DNA of 64,000 bases. Source: Erysipelotrichaceae bacterium (GTDB taxonomy: Bacteria; Bacillota_I; Bacilli_A; Erysipelotrichales; Erysipelotrichaceae). The notes under the pieces were generated by a model. That model worked only from the letters and a program-made list of their open reading frames with translations, was not told the DNA's origin and ran no database searches. The translations under genes were made by a program, and so were the position numbers. The stretch spans positions 14,750 through 78,749 of the forward strand of contig JAFQZR010000024.1 in the NCBI GenBank assembly GCA_017405785.1, in the 5' to 3' direction. How positions within the stretch are numbered: position 1 is the first letter of the stretch; each line of letters begins with the position of its first letter. Shown here piece by piece: positions 38,331 to 47,406 of the stretch.

Positions 38331-38345
38331 GTAAAACGTTTTCAC
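38331..38345. promoter_or_regulatory. Near-palindromic LacI/MalR-type operator candidate
   Basis: GTAAAACGTTTTCAC lies just downstream of a minus-strand TATAAT (38357-52) and 23 nt upstream of the ATPase ATG. Confidence 0.4.
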
Positions 38346-38388
38346 AAATATATTATATTCCTAATATCGGAATTTGTGACAAAAATAA

Positions 38389-38802
38389 TTACACAAAATT
38401 TACATGTTTTCTGTTCATTTCGCCTGTTACCCTGTCTATCCCCGTAGCCAGGCCGTTAATGGTTCCGACCTTGTTTTTCTTACGGTCATAAACAGTGTAG
38501 ACATTGTCCTTGATACTCACCTGTCCGATATCCTTAAGGGCAATGGTTTTCTTCTTGAACAGATAGCTCATGGTCAGCACATCATTCTCAATGCAGGCAT
38601 AATCGCTCATCATCGCAAACAGCACCACTGCTGAACAGACAGCCATTATTGCGCACATCACCGCGAAGAAGATGTTAAGGGGTCCCGTTCCGGCAAAGAG
38701 CAGGATGACAGTGCCCAACAGGATACTGCCAACCAGAACTGCCAGGGTAAAGATGAACGGTCCCTTATCAGCTTCCGTTGATATTTCACCGTGACGGAAC
38801 AT
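38389..38802 (-). CDS. Small membrane protein (two TM helices plus a soluble C-terminal domain)
   Basis: 137 aa with TM segments FIFTLAVLVGSILLGTVILLFA and FFAVMCAIMAVCSAVVLFAMM. Its start lies 2 nt after the pullulanase stop. Confidence 0.6.
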   Translation of the reverse strand: MFRHGEISTEADKGPFIFTLAVLVGSILLGTVILLFAGTGPLNIFFAVMCAIMAVCSAVVLFAMMSDYACIENDVLTMSYLFKKKTIALKDIGQVSIKDNVYTVYDRKKNKVGTINGLATGIDRVTGEMNRKHVNFV

Positions 38803-38803
38803 G

Positions 38804-41569
38804 TTAATTCACTTTCTTCAGAACAACTGATTCATTGGTCATGGTTGAGAATTCACCCGATACCTGAGAATAGCTACTTCTGGTGTTGGAATAAACAATC
38901 TGCCATGTTCCTTCCAATTCAACCTTATTTCCGGTTACGGAGTGGATGACCTTGAACTGACCGACATTGTACTCGATGTTGCCGCCGGTAGCTGTGATGA
39001 TCTCAAGATTCTTGTTGATCTCCTCACGGGTTGACAGTCTGAATTCCGGATTGGCATTACGGAAGGCGATCATTTCCTTGGTCTTCTGGAAGATGTCATT
39101 ATGAGTGACCTTTAAAGAGTAATCCATGACGTTGATGTAGTCGCCGACATTATATGAGTTGCCTTCATATTTACCGGTATCAGCGTACTGCTTGCTTCTC
39201 ATGAAGTCCTCACCTTCCTGAATGAAAGGCACACCTTCAGCCAGGAAAATGATGGAGTCAGCCTGAGTATAGGCAACCGGCAGTCTGTCCGGATTCATGG
39301 TCTGAATCAGCTGGTCATACAGCGTGTAGTTATCATGGCAGGCTACATAGTTGAGTACCTGTTCAGGTGAAATGTTGGCAGCCCGGACAGTGTCCTTGGA
39401 GAACATGCCCGCAATACCCAGAGTGATTACTGAGGTAGTGGCTGTGTTGCCCTGAACATATCCCTTGGCCGGATTGTTTTCACCGCGTACGGCATTACGG
39501 ATGACGTCATTGAAGGCGCCAACCAATACACCGTCACCGGCGAAGAACTGCTGACCTAAGGAATCCTGAACGGTCGTCTGTGATGAAAGCTTGGTGTCAC
39601 TGGTTCCGGCTTTCAGCTTGGTAGCGCCGCCGGTCCACGGTTCGCCATAGATCATGATGTCAGGATAGATGGCACTGCAGTCCTTATAGATGTCGATCAT
39701 CGTCTGGTTGTCGATCAGACCCATCAGGTCGAAACGGAAACCGGACAGATGGTATTCATCGATCCAGAACTTGCAGGAATCACGGAAGAACTTGTTGACC
39801 ATGTAGCGGTCAGAAGCCATTTCGTTGCCGCATCCTGAGCCGTTATAGAACGTTCCGTTAGCTTTTGTACGATAATAGTAATACGGTACCAGCAGATTGA
39901 AATTGGAGTTCTCAGAGCTGCTGGTGTGGTTGTAGACAACGTCCATGTTGATGGAGATGCCTGCTTCATGCATGGCCATTACCATCTGCTTGAATTCCTT
40001 AATGCGGACATAGCCGTCATAAGGATCGGAGCAGTAGCTGCCTTCCAGAACATTGTAGTTAAGAGGGTCATAACCCCAGTTATAGTTGGTTTCACTCATT
40101 GATGAGGAAACTCTGGTTTCGTCAACTGAACTGTAGTCATAGAACGGCTGGATCTGAGCATGGGTAATGCCCAGTTCCTTCATGTGATCCAGACCTGTTG
40201 TGACAGTCATGCCGTTTTCGGTATAGGTAGTTCCCCTGCGCGCTAAGCCAAGGAATCTGCCTCTTTCTTCTTCCGGAACGCCGCTGGTCTCACTGATCGT
40301 CATGTCTCTGACATGGATCTCATAGATGGAAGCGTCAGTATTGTTGCCTGCAAATGGTCTTGCATCTTCATTCCAGCCCTCAATCTCCTTATTGAGCTTG
40401 GTGAAGTTGACGACCATGCCTCTTCTGCCGTTGACACCGGCACTCTTGGCATATGGGTCAACTACTTCATTGGTTCCCTTGGAGTTGGTTACCGTATAGG
40501 TATAGTATTTACCGTCCAGATTCTCCTTGACCGTATAACTGAAGATACCTCTGTCAGCCTTTTCCATTTCATAGGTGGCAATCGGAGTCTTGTCAGTTAC
40601 ATAGTCTGAAGTGTTGTAGATATTCAGTACCACGGAGCGGCTGGTCGGTGCCCAGACCTTGAATGTGGTAGCTGTCGGGTTTTCTTCATTGTCAAAAGTA
40701 GCACCTAAGTCGTTGCCGTCATAAGAGTACTTTTCATTAAATTCATCAGTATCAAAATAGTTTGTCAGCATCAGGTCAACCTCATTAATCCAGCTGTTAT
40801 CGAAACGGTAACTGACTGTTACCACATCGGTGATATCCAGCTCACGCTTCAAAGTCAGATTAGCCATGTTCAGGGAATCATCGTATTCCTCCATGGTAAA
40901 GTCCTTGTATTCCTCGCCATTGATCTTAATGGAGAAACGCGGACGGTATGACTTGAAATCGCTCTTGATCGGCTTGAAATAAGTGCTGATCGTGTTGGCA
41001 TTTCTTAACATGGCATAACTGATGATGGACTTGCAGGCGTTTTCCTGAGTATCGAATACCGTGGATTCAGCGGTACGGACATAGACATTCTGAACACCGC
41101 CGTTGGTCTGCGGTTCGATCTCGATCGATCTGTCGCCGTCAGGGTCCTTGGACCAGTTATCGGTTCTGACAATGAAACCAAGCAGTTCGGTTCCCTTGCC
41201 TTCCGAGATCATGTTAAGGTCGAGGTCAGCATAGACACCGTAATCATCATAGCCGGTGAAATCATAAGCTGCCCCGTTGCCGCCGTTAGTCATGTCCCAG
41301 GCCCAGACATTCCAGGCCTGATATACTTTACGGTCATTGCCTGTGTCGTCATTGCGACGGTAATGCAGACGGACGATGCGGGTATCTTCCAGAGGCATCC
41401 GGGAGTAATCCGTCGTATCTTTCTTATACCGGTCAATGACATCTCCGGCCGGCGTAAGAGCTATAGGGACATCATCCGGTCCCTCATCCTCTTTCTTACA
41501 GCCACCCAATATCAGAGAAAGAAGCAGCGAAACTGCAAGTAATAATTTAATTGATTTACTGTTTTTCAT
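38804..41569 (-). CDS. pulA: Type I pullulanase (GH13), lipoprotein
   Basis: Lipobox LILGGC. YNWGYDPLNYNVLEGSY, GFRFDLMG, YGEPW and ACHDN conserved regions. N-terminal carbohydrate-binding modules are likely. Confidence 0.9.
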   Translation of the reverse strand: MKNSKSIKLLLAVSLLLSLILGGCKKEDEGPDDVPIALTPAGDVIDRYKKDTTDYSRMPLEDTRIVRLHYRRNDDTGNDRKVYQAWNVWAWDMTNGGNGAAYDFTGYDDYGVYADLDLNMISEGKGTELLGFIVRTDNWSKDPDGDRSIEIEPQTNGGVQNVYVRTAESTVFDTQENACKSIISYAMLRNANTISTYFKPIKSDFKSYRPRFSIKINGEEYKDFTMEEYDDSLNMANLTLKRELDITDVVTVSYRFDNSWINEVDLMLTNYFDTDEFNEKYSYDGNDLGATFDNEENPTATTFKVWAPTSRSVVLNIYNTSDYVTDKTPIATYEMEKADRGIFSYTVKENLDGKYYTYTVTNSKGTNEVVDPYAKSAGVNGRRGMVVNFTKLNKEIEGWNEDARPFAGNNTDASIYEIHVRDMTISETSGVPEEERGRFLGLARRGTTYTENGMTVTTGLDHMKELGITHAQIQPFYDYSSVDETRVSSSMSETNYNWGYDPLNYNVLEGSYCSDPYDGYVRIKEFKQMVMAMHEAGISINMDVVYNHTSSSENSNFNLLVPYYYYRTKANGTFYNGSGCGNEMASDRYMVNKFFRDSCKFWIDEYHLSGFRFDLMGLIDNQTMIDIYKDCSAIYPDIMIYGEPWTGGATKLKAGTSDTKLSSQTTVQDSLGQQFFAGDGVLVGAFNDVIRNAVRGENNPAKGYVQGNTATTSVITLGIAGMFSKDTVRAANISPEQVLNYVACHDNYTLYDQLIQTMNPDRLPVAYTQADSIIFLAEGVPFIQEGEDFMRSKQYADTGKYEGNSYNVGDYINVMDYSLKVTHNDIFQKTKEMIAFRNANPEFRLSTREEINKNLEIITATGGNIEYNVGQFKVIHSVTGNKVELEGTWQIVYSNTRSSYSQVSGEFSTMTNESVVLKKVN

Positions 41570-41581
41570 CTTCTCCTCCTT

Positions 41582-43582
41582 TTAGAAACCGGTCATATCG
41601 ACAAATCCGGCTCTTAATGTATCGTCCTTGATGTCAGCGCTCTGCTTGATGACATTGCTGTCCCAGGCGTTGACATTGGTTATTTCATATCCCTTCGGGA
41701 AGACTCCGATCAGGAAGCCAGTCATACCGGTTGTATCAACCAGCATAACACCGTCTTTGATCTCATAGTCTTTGCTCCACTTGCCAGGTGACCAGCTCCA
41801 GATGTAGAGTTCATAATCACCGTTGAGATATGAAGGATCAAGATTGAGAACATTGAAGCGGTCTTTCACGACTTCAACCTTCTTATATGTGAAAGCCTGT
41901 TCAAATTCGTTGACGCCCTTCTTTACATAGACATGCAGATCGACCTTGCCGTCCTTGACATGGTCTTTCAGAGAAACCTCTGTCTTGCCATCAAAGCTGG
42001 TCTTTCCTGATTTGTCATTATTGAACCAGTAGTATGCTTCATCACAGTTAGTGGCATTCAGCGTTACTGTCAGATCATCGGTGAATGAACTTCCTCTGTC
42101 GGAGATCGTCAGCTGCGGATGGATATCCCTGCTTCTGGTCAGTACGGCTACACCGTTTGACTCAAATCTGACATAGGCATAGTGATCAGTCACCACTACC
42201 TTGTTACCTGTTAAGGCATCGTAGTAGTTGCCGTTGTCCAGATGAGGTACAGCAACCTTTACGCTCTTGCCGTCAGTGAATTCACCGACATTGATGATCA
42301 GAACACCCTGGTCATCTTTCTTTACCTTTTCCACGACATAGCAGGTACCGTCAACAGATTCATAGCTTTCAGCATTATAGAAACGGTTGTGGAAACGGTT
42401 GACTGTCGCCACCCTTTCTGATTCAAAGGCAAATGAACCGATCTTGCCGACATCCAGGCCGTCAGTCGGACGGGCCAGATACAGTCCGCCCAGTCCCTTC
42501 TTGGCAGCGATAACTGCCCAGTACTTGGATATACGGACATCACTGTAATGAGTGTTGGAACTGACATACTCGTCATGGCTTTCCACCCAGGCAATAAGTT
42601 TAGTGGCATCATCAACCTTCAGTGAGGCATTCAGGATCTGGTTTGGATCCTTCCGGGACATGACACCCTTGAACTGAGCAACGAAACCGTCATCAGTTAC
42701 CAGCATCATGTCAGTATAGTATGAAAGAGGTCTGTTTGCCGGTGAGTTAAGGATCTCACCGTAGACATACAGATTCTTTCCGGTTTTCTTCTTATAGTAT
42801 TCCCTGGCTGCACCAACTGTCTGTTCCCAGAAGTCGCTGGCATAGTCAGGGTCCTGTGAGGTTTCCACGTGCTTGGCAGCATCGAAACGGAAACCGTCAA
42901 TACCGGCATCAATGCATTCCTTTAATAATGCCAGTACTCTGGACTGTACATAAGGATTGGCTGTATTCAAATCAGGCAGGTTGCCGTACGGATAATACTG
43001 GGTTTCGGCACCTGAACCCTTGGCATTCTTATTATGATGGAATGTCACACCGTTGCCGTCGGTATCTTCATTACGGTTTGCATACAGGATCGGTTCGTAA
43101 TCCGCCACAGCCGGTAAAACTGTCGGGGTTCCGTCCGGTTCCTTACCTTCATCATCAGTGGTAGCCATGTGGTTGGCTACGATGTCTGCCAGGATGCAGA
43201 TATTGTATTTTTCTGCCTCGGTACATAAGGCTATCAGGTCTTCCTTGCTGCCTAAGGCTGACTTGTCACCGATTGAAAAACTTAACGGCTGATAGAAAGC
43301 CCACCAGGCTGATCCGCCGCTTTTTGGCTGCTGAACAGGCATGGTCAGAACATTCTTGAAACCGGCATTGGCTATGCTCTCCAGGTTGTCCTTGATTTCA
43401 TTGTAAGTCCAGTTAAAGGCATGAAGAGTCAGACCGTCTTCGGCATTGTCAGGAAGAGCATCTGTATAGCTGTCCGGGAAATCCTCGTAATTGGCCTTTT
43501 CCCCTTTTCCGCCGGTGTCCTTGCAGCCGGTGAAACTCAGCATCATGAATACCGCTATTATGAGACATATAATCTTTTTCAT
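41582..43582 (-). CDS. Alpha-amylase (GH13), lipoprotein with a C-terminal accessory region
   Basis: Lipobox SFTGC. GH13 regions ADIVANH, GFRFDAAKH, YGEIL and WVESHD. Confidence 0.9.
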   Translation of the reverse strand: MKKIICLIIAVFMMLSFTGCKDTGGKGEKANYEDFPDSYTDALPDNAEDGLTLHAFNWTYNEIKDNLESIANAGFKNVLTMPVQQPKSGGSAWWAFYQPLSFSIGDKSALGSKEDLIALCTEAEKYNICILADIVANHMATTDDEGKEPDGTPTVLPAVADYEPILYANRNEDTDGNGVTFHHNKNAKGSGAETQYYPYGNLPDLNTANPYVQSRVLALLKECIDAGIDGFRFDAAKHVETSQDPDYASDFWEQTVGAAREYYKKKTGKNLYVYGEILNSPANRPLSYYTDMMLVTDDGFVAQFKGVMSRKDPNQILNASLKVDDATKLIAWVESHDEYVSSNTHYSDVRISKYWAVIAAKKGLGGLYLARPTDGLDVGKIGSFAFESERVATVNRFHNRFYNAESYESVDGTCYVVEKVKKDDQGVLIINVGEFTDGKSVKVAVPHLDNGNYYDALTGNKVVVTDHYAYVRFESNGVAVLTRSRDIHPQLTISDRGSSFTDDLTVTLNATNCDEAYYWFNNDKSGKTSFDGKTEVSLKDHVKDGKVDLHVYVKKGVNEFEQAFTYKKVEVVKDRFNVLNLDPSYLNGDYELYIWSWSPGKWSKDYEIKDGVMLVDTTGMTGFLIGVFPKGYEITNVNAWDSNVIKQSADIKDDTLRAGFVDMTGF

Positions 43583-43625
43583 ATATTCTCCTTCAGATGG
43601 AATTATGATTCCATTGTGTTTTTTA

Positions 43626-43656
43626 CAAGAAAGGGCTTCACACCATGAGAAGCCCT
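43626..43656 (-). terminator. Weak terminator or attenuator hairpin between the lipoprotein gene and the amylase gene
   Basis: The minus strand reads agggcuuc, 9 nt loop, gaagcccu, then uucuug. Confidence 0.45.
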
Positions 43657-43682
43657 ATCATTTAAAATCTTAATTATTGTTC

Positions 43683-44645
43683 TTATTTAGGTGTTGCAGT
43701 AACGACTACTTCATCGCCGAAAGTGATTGTAACAACATATGTGCCAGCATCTGCTACAGTTAAGTTGCTGCCATCAGCATTGCCCCAGCTGTTATCCCAC
43801 TTGCCATCAGCACGTACCTTGAATTCTGCACCGGCAGGTAATTCTACTTCTGCAGTCCAGGTCTTGTTGTCTTCAGTTGTCATTGCGAAGTCTTCTACTC
43901 CACCCCAGTCGGTCATTGAACCAACAACGCCGAATGTATGGTCAGCAGGAACGAATTCAACGATCAGTTCATATTCTGGACCGGTCTTTGCTTCCTTCTT
44001 GACTAAGCCGATACCATAGCCTGGCTCAGATGCAGATGAAACTGTTGTGTACTGAGCAATAACCAGAGTGTACAGACCAGGTCCGCCAATGCAAGCTGGG
44101 TTGCTTGCCCATGAGAAACCATATTCGTCAGATTCTTCCTGCCAGATTGGCATGAATAATGTAGCTGGAGTTAATGATTCAGCATGTGCTGTCTTAGGGT
44201 CTGAGATCCACTGATCTTCAGCATAAACCTTGTTGTCACCATCTACGTCAACATTGCACTGAGCGATCTTGAACGCATTGGAGCCGTTAACTCTGTATAA
44301 CTTGCCATCGATTAAGGCGTTGGTTGTCCAGCCTGCATCGTTTGTGCCTAATAACAGGTCGATTGTATACAGATACTTAACTGACTTTCCTGAAAGTGTG
44401 TTATATAAAGTTTCATCAATTGCCTTGACATCTTCAAGAGCGATGGCCTTTAAAGCTGAAGCTTCATATAATTCAGTGTCCTTGCCGTTCCAGGAGTTCT
44501 GCGTGCCATCAGCTAATAAATACTGACCATGAGCAACCCATGCTGCATGAGTATCATCAGCTAAAGCCTTTGGTGCTGGCTGGGAGCAAGCTGCCATAGC
44601 TACTACCATAAGCACAGATAATAAAGCAACTAAAAATTTTTTCAT
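43683..44645 (-). CDS. Surface lipoprotein with a C-terminal starch-binding-like beta-sandwich module
   Basis: Lipobox AMAAC. The last ~100 aa (GSMTDWGG..WTAEVELPAGAEFKVRADGKWDNSWG) show the aromatic pattern of SusE/F-like and CBM-type starch-binding modules. Confidence 0.6.
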   Translation of the reverse strand: MKKFLVALLSVLMVVAMAACSQPAPKALADDTHAAWVAHGQYLLADGTQNSWNGKDTELYEASALKAIALEDVKAIDETLYNTLSGKSVKYLYTIDLLLGTNDAGWTTNALIDGKLYRVNGSNAFKIAQCNVDVDGDNKVYAEDQWISDPKTAHAESLTPATLFMPIWQEESDEYGFSWASNPACIGGPGLYTLVIAQYTTVSSASEPGYGIGLVKKEAKTGPEYELIVEFVPADHTFGVVGSMTDWGGVEDFAMTTEDNKTWTAEVELPAGAEFKVRADGKWDNSWGNADGSNLTVADAGTYVVTITFGDEVVVTATPK

Positions 44646-44721
44646 TTCCTATCTCTCCTTCTTATGAATATAAAAATTCTTTAGCCATTACTATCATAAC
44701 ACATAAATTTCACAATAGCAC

Positions 44722-44735
44722 AAAAAACGTTTTCC
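44722..44735. promoter_or_regulatory. Second AAAACGTTTTC motif, operator candidate upstream of the starch locus
   Basis: aaaAAACGTTTTCc lies ~80 nt upstream of the lipoprotein ATG. It shares the core AAAACGTTTTC with site 38331-38345. Confidence 0.3.
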
Positions 44736-44773
44736 TAAACTAAATTTTTTTCAAAAAAGTCCGTTTTGACTCT

Positions 44774-44808
44774 AAAAAAGACCACTTTCAGTCTCGAAAA
44801 TGGTCTTT
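44774..44808 (-). terminator. Intrinsic terminator after the Rpe-like gene
   Basis: The minus strand reads aaagaccauuuuc, loop gagacu, gaaaguggucuuu, then a U-run. Confidence 0.7.
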
Positions 44809-44830
44809 CATCAGAATATATCTTTACTTT

Positions 44831-45508
44831 TTAGTGCTCTACACCGATCTCACGGCAGTAGTTAACCATGTTCTCAGCGTATTTTGAAGGTCCACCCTTC
44901 TCTAGTGTGGAAGGTCCGGCAATCAGAGAATCAGCCCCGGCCTGAACATACAGTTTGCCGTGTTCAGGAATGATGGAACCGTCAACGGTGATCTCGATCT
45001 TATGATCGGCATGGGAACATATCTCTACCAGTCTTTCCAGTTTTTCAATGGCATTAGGTACCCAAGGCTGGCCAAAGAAGCCCGGATTGATGGACAGGAA
45101 GTTGACAAAGTCAAGTACCGGCAATGCTTCACGGACATATTCCAGGGAAATGCTCGGACTCATGGCATAACCGGCCTTGATTCCTTTGGACTGCAGGTTC
45201 TGTAACAGTCTATATGGCTGGGCACAGGTTTCCGGATGGAAGCTGACACGGTCCCCTTCCCTTAACTCATAGTATTCCAGAATTCTTTCAGGTTCATATG
45301 CCATGACATGAATGTCCAGAGGTATCTGAGTCAGAGAATGCCACAGCTTGGCTTCATCGGTTCCCATGGCCAGATTCGGCACATAGTGTCCGTCCATGAT
45401 GTCAAAATGCAGACCGTCAGTCTTGGTTTCTTCAAAAGCCTTAACGTAATCCATTATTTCTCTGGGATCCAGAGCCCAGATGGAAGCATAGAATTTGATC
45501 TTCTTCAT
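44831..45508 (-). CDS. Ribulose-phosphate 3-epimerase family protein (AlsE/Rpe-like)
   Basis: 225 aa with LHFDIMDGHYVPNL, DIHVM and ITVDGSI motifs. The usual N-terminal PSILSAD is replaced by ASIWALD. Confidence 0.8.
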   Translation of the reverse strand: MKKIKFYASIWALDPREIMDYVKAFEETKTDGLHFDIMDGHYVPNLAMGTDEAKLWHSLTQIPLDIHVMAYEPERILEYYELREGDRVSFHPETCAQPYRLLQNLQSKGIKAGYAMSPSISLEYVREALPVLDFVNFLSINPGFFGQPWVPNAIEKLERLVEICSHADHKIEITVDGSIIPEHGKLYVQAGADSLIAGPSTLEKGGPSKYAENMVNYCREIGVEH

Positions 45509-45509
45509 A

Positions 45510-46379
45510 TTATAATTCCTCTTTCTTACTCTTATATTCTACCATAAAGCGTTCTACCGCATCCTCCCAGTTTTCCAGAGCGTAACCGAAAGTACGTTCA
45601 AACAGCAGTGATGTCATTGATGAATTCTTATGGCGGCGGGCAAACTTAATGGTTGAAGCCTTTACTCCTTTCACCTGTTCTTCTGAGAATCCGGCACCGG
45701 TACATAATGCTGTATAAAACTCGTAACGGGAAGCCCGACCTTCATTGCACACATGATAAGTACCGTAATAATCAGTCAAAGCCATTGTCACTATCGCCTC
45801 AGCCAGATCCAGAGTATAGGTATTTGAGCATCTCTGGTCAATTCCGGCTTCAACAACTTCTCCATTCTGCCATCGTTTCATCAGCTTCAGTACCATGTTG
45901 TTGTCAGGCTTGCCCTTCAGGCCAAACAGCAGGCCTGTTCTGACAATGAAATGTCTTTTACACAGTGCCCTTACTTCCCTTTCACCGGCCAGCTTGCTGA
46001 ATCCGTAGACATTGATCGGTCCGGTTTCATCGTATTCATGGTACATACCTTTTTCCCCGTCAAAAACAGCATCGGTACTGATATATACCATCTTGGCTTC
46101 TGTTTTTTCAGCCGCCAAAGCTACATTACGTGTGGCTACGGTATTTGTGACAAATGTTTCTTGGGGATGTCTTTCTGCCTCATCAACATCTTTGATGGCT
46201 GCCGTATGAACGATGACATCAGGATTGCATTTTTCAACAAATGACATTACAGGTTCAACTTCACGCAGATCCAGCTGTCCTCTGCCCTTAAGCCTGATCA
46301 CCTCATGGCCCTTTTCCTCAAAACGATCCGCGATCTCCTCACCGAGAAGTCCGGATGCGCCGGTTACGATTATTTTCAT
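45510..46379 (-). CDS. RmlD-like (dTDP-4-dehydrorhamnose reductase family) SDR
   Basis: MKIIVTGASGLLG Rossmann motif, ISTDAVFDG and YGFSK catalytic region. No rmlA/B/C genes are in the window. Confidence 0.8.
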   Translation of the reverse strand: MKIIVTGASGLLGEEIADRFEEKGHEVIRLKGRGQLDLREVEPVMSFVEKCNPDVIVHTAAIKDVDEAERHPQETFVTNTVATRNVALAAEKTEAKMVYISTDAVFDGEKGMYHEYDETGPINVYGFSKLAGEREVRALCKRHFIVRTGLLFGLKGKPDNNMVLKLMKRWQNGEVVEAGIDQRCSNTYTLDLAEAIVTMALTDYYGTYHVCNEGRASRYEFYTALCTGAGFSEEQVKGVKASTIKFARRHKNSSMTSLLFERTFGYALENWEDAVERFMVEYKSKKEEL

Positions 46380-46431
46380 ATTCTGTTTCTCCCGTCTTCA
46401 GTATACTATAATGCACAGGTTATTCCATATG

Positions 46432-46455
46432 AAAACCCTCCTTTGCAGGAGGGTT
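46432..46455 (-). terminator. Intrinsic terminator after the nucleoside hydrolase gene
   Basis: The minus strand reads aacccucc, loop ugcaaa, ggaggguu, then uuc. It separates the nucleoside operon from the RmlD-like/Rpe-like pair. Confidence 0.7.
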
Positions 46456-46467
46456 ATTTCATAATTG

Positions 46468-47406
46468 TTATCCGTAGATACGGTCCAGTTTTCCGATGCA
46501 TTCAAACAGGAATTCAATGAATTTCTCTCTGTCAGCATCAATTAGCACGGTCTTAGGATTATGCAGCTCACCCTGATAATTCCTGGTATCAACAACTGTC
46601 ATACCGCGGCAGTATCTGCCATCGGTTTCAATATATGCTTCGTATTCCTTAGAAGTAAAGAATTCAGGATGGATAAGCCATGTTACCGGAACAGCATCGA
46701 AGATAGCCGTTCTGTCCCAGCCATGTCTTATGGCATATCCCTGATAGAATGTCATCAGATCATATACAAAGCGTGATACCTTACCACCCTGGGCAAACTT
46801 TTCTGTTTCAGTTAACAGAATGCTGGCTGCATAGCAGACTTCCAATGGAGCCATTACTACTTTGACACCTGAGTCGAAGACGATCTTGGCAGCATCAGGA
46901 TCATGGTAGATATTGAATTCAGCCTTGATCAGAGTGTTACCGTTATTGACGCCTCCGCCCATGATGGCAATGCAATCGATCTTTTCCCGTAATTCAGGAT
47001 AGGTTTTTAAGAACAGTCCCATGTTGGTCAGTGGACCTATACATACCATGGTAACCTTCTCTTCTGCTTCCATCAGAGTCTTCTTCATGAACTCAATGGC
47101 ATGCATGCCGGTAGGCTTGCTGGTTGGCTCAGGGATGTTCGGACCGTCCATGCCGGTAGCACCGTGGGCCTGAGGCTGAACGTCCAGTTCCTTTACCATA
47201 GGTGTTGAATAACCCATGCTGACAGGAATGTGAACACCCAGGAAATCCTGAACCTTCAGGATGTTATTGGTTACTTTGGCCAGTGTCTGGTTACCGGCAA
47301 CGGTTGTGATACCCAGGATGTTGAGCTCTTCCTGATTGGCTAAGGCTACCAGAAAGGCTATGACGTCATCATGTCCGGGATCGCAGTCGATAATAATGTT
47401 GCGCAT
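46468..47406 (-). CDS. Nucleoside hydrolase (IU-NH family)
   Basis: N-terminal fingerprint IIDCDPGHDDVIA. It overlaps the upstream permease gene by 1 nt. Confidence 0.9.
   Translation of the reverse strand: MRNIIIDCDPGHDDVIAFLVALANQEELNILGITTVAGNQTLAKVTNNILKVQDFLGVHIPVSMGYSTPMVKELDVQPQAHGATGMDGPNIPEPTSKPTGMHAIEFMKKTLMEAEEKVTMVCIGPLTNMGLFLKTYPELREKIDCIAIMGGGVNNGNTLIKAEFNIYHDPDAAKIVFDSGVKVVMAPLEVCYAASILLTETEKFAQGGKVSRFVYDLMTFYQGYAIRHGWDRTAIFDAVPVTWLIHPEFFTSKEYEAYIETDGRYCRGMTVVDTRNYQGELHNPKTVLIDADREKFIEFLFECIGKLDRIYG

Noticed and set aside
43590-43612. Small inverted repeat ATGGAAT-tatg-ATTCCAT just upstream of the amylase SD
   Set aside because: The arms are 7 bp and A/T-rich. There is no second copy and no motif resemblance, so it is not distinguishable from chance.
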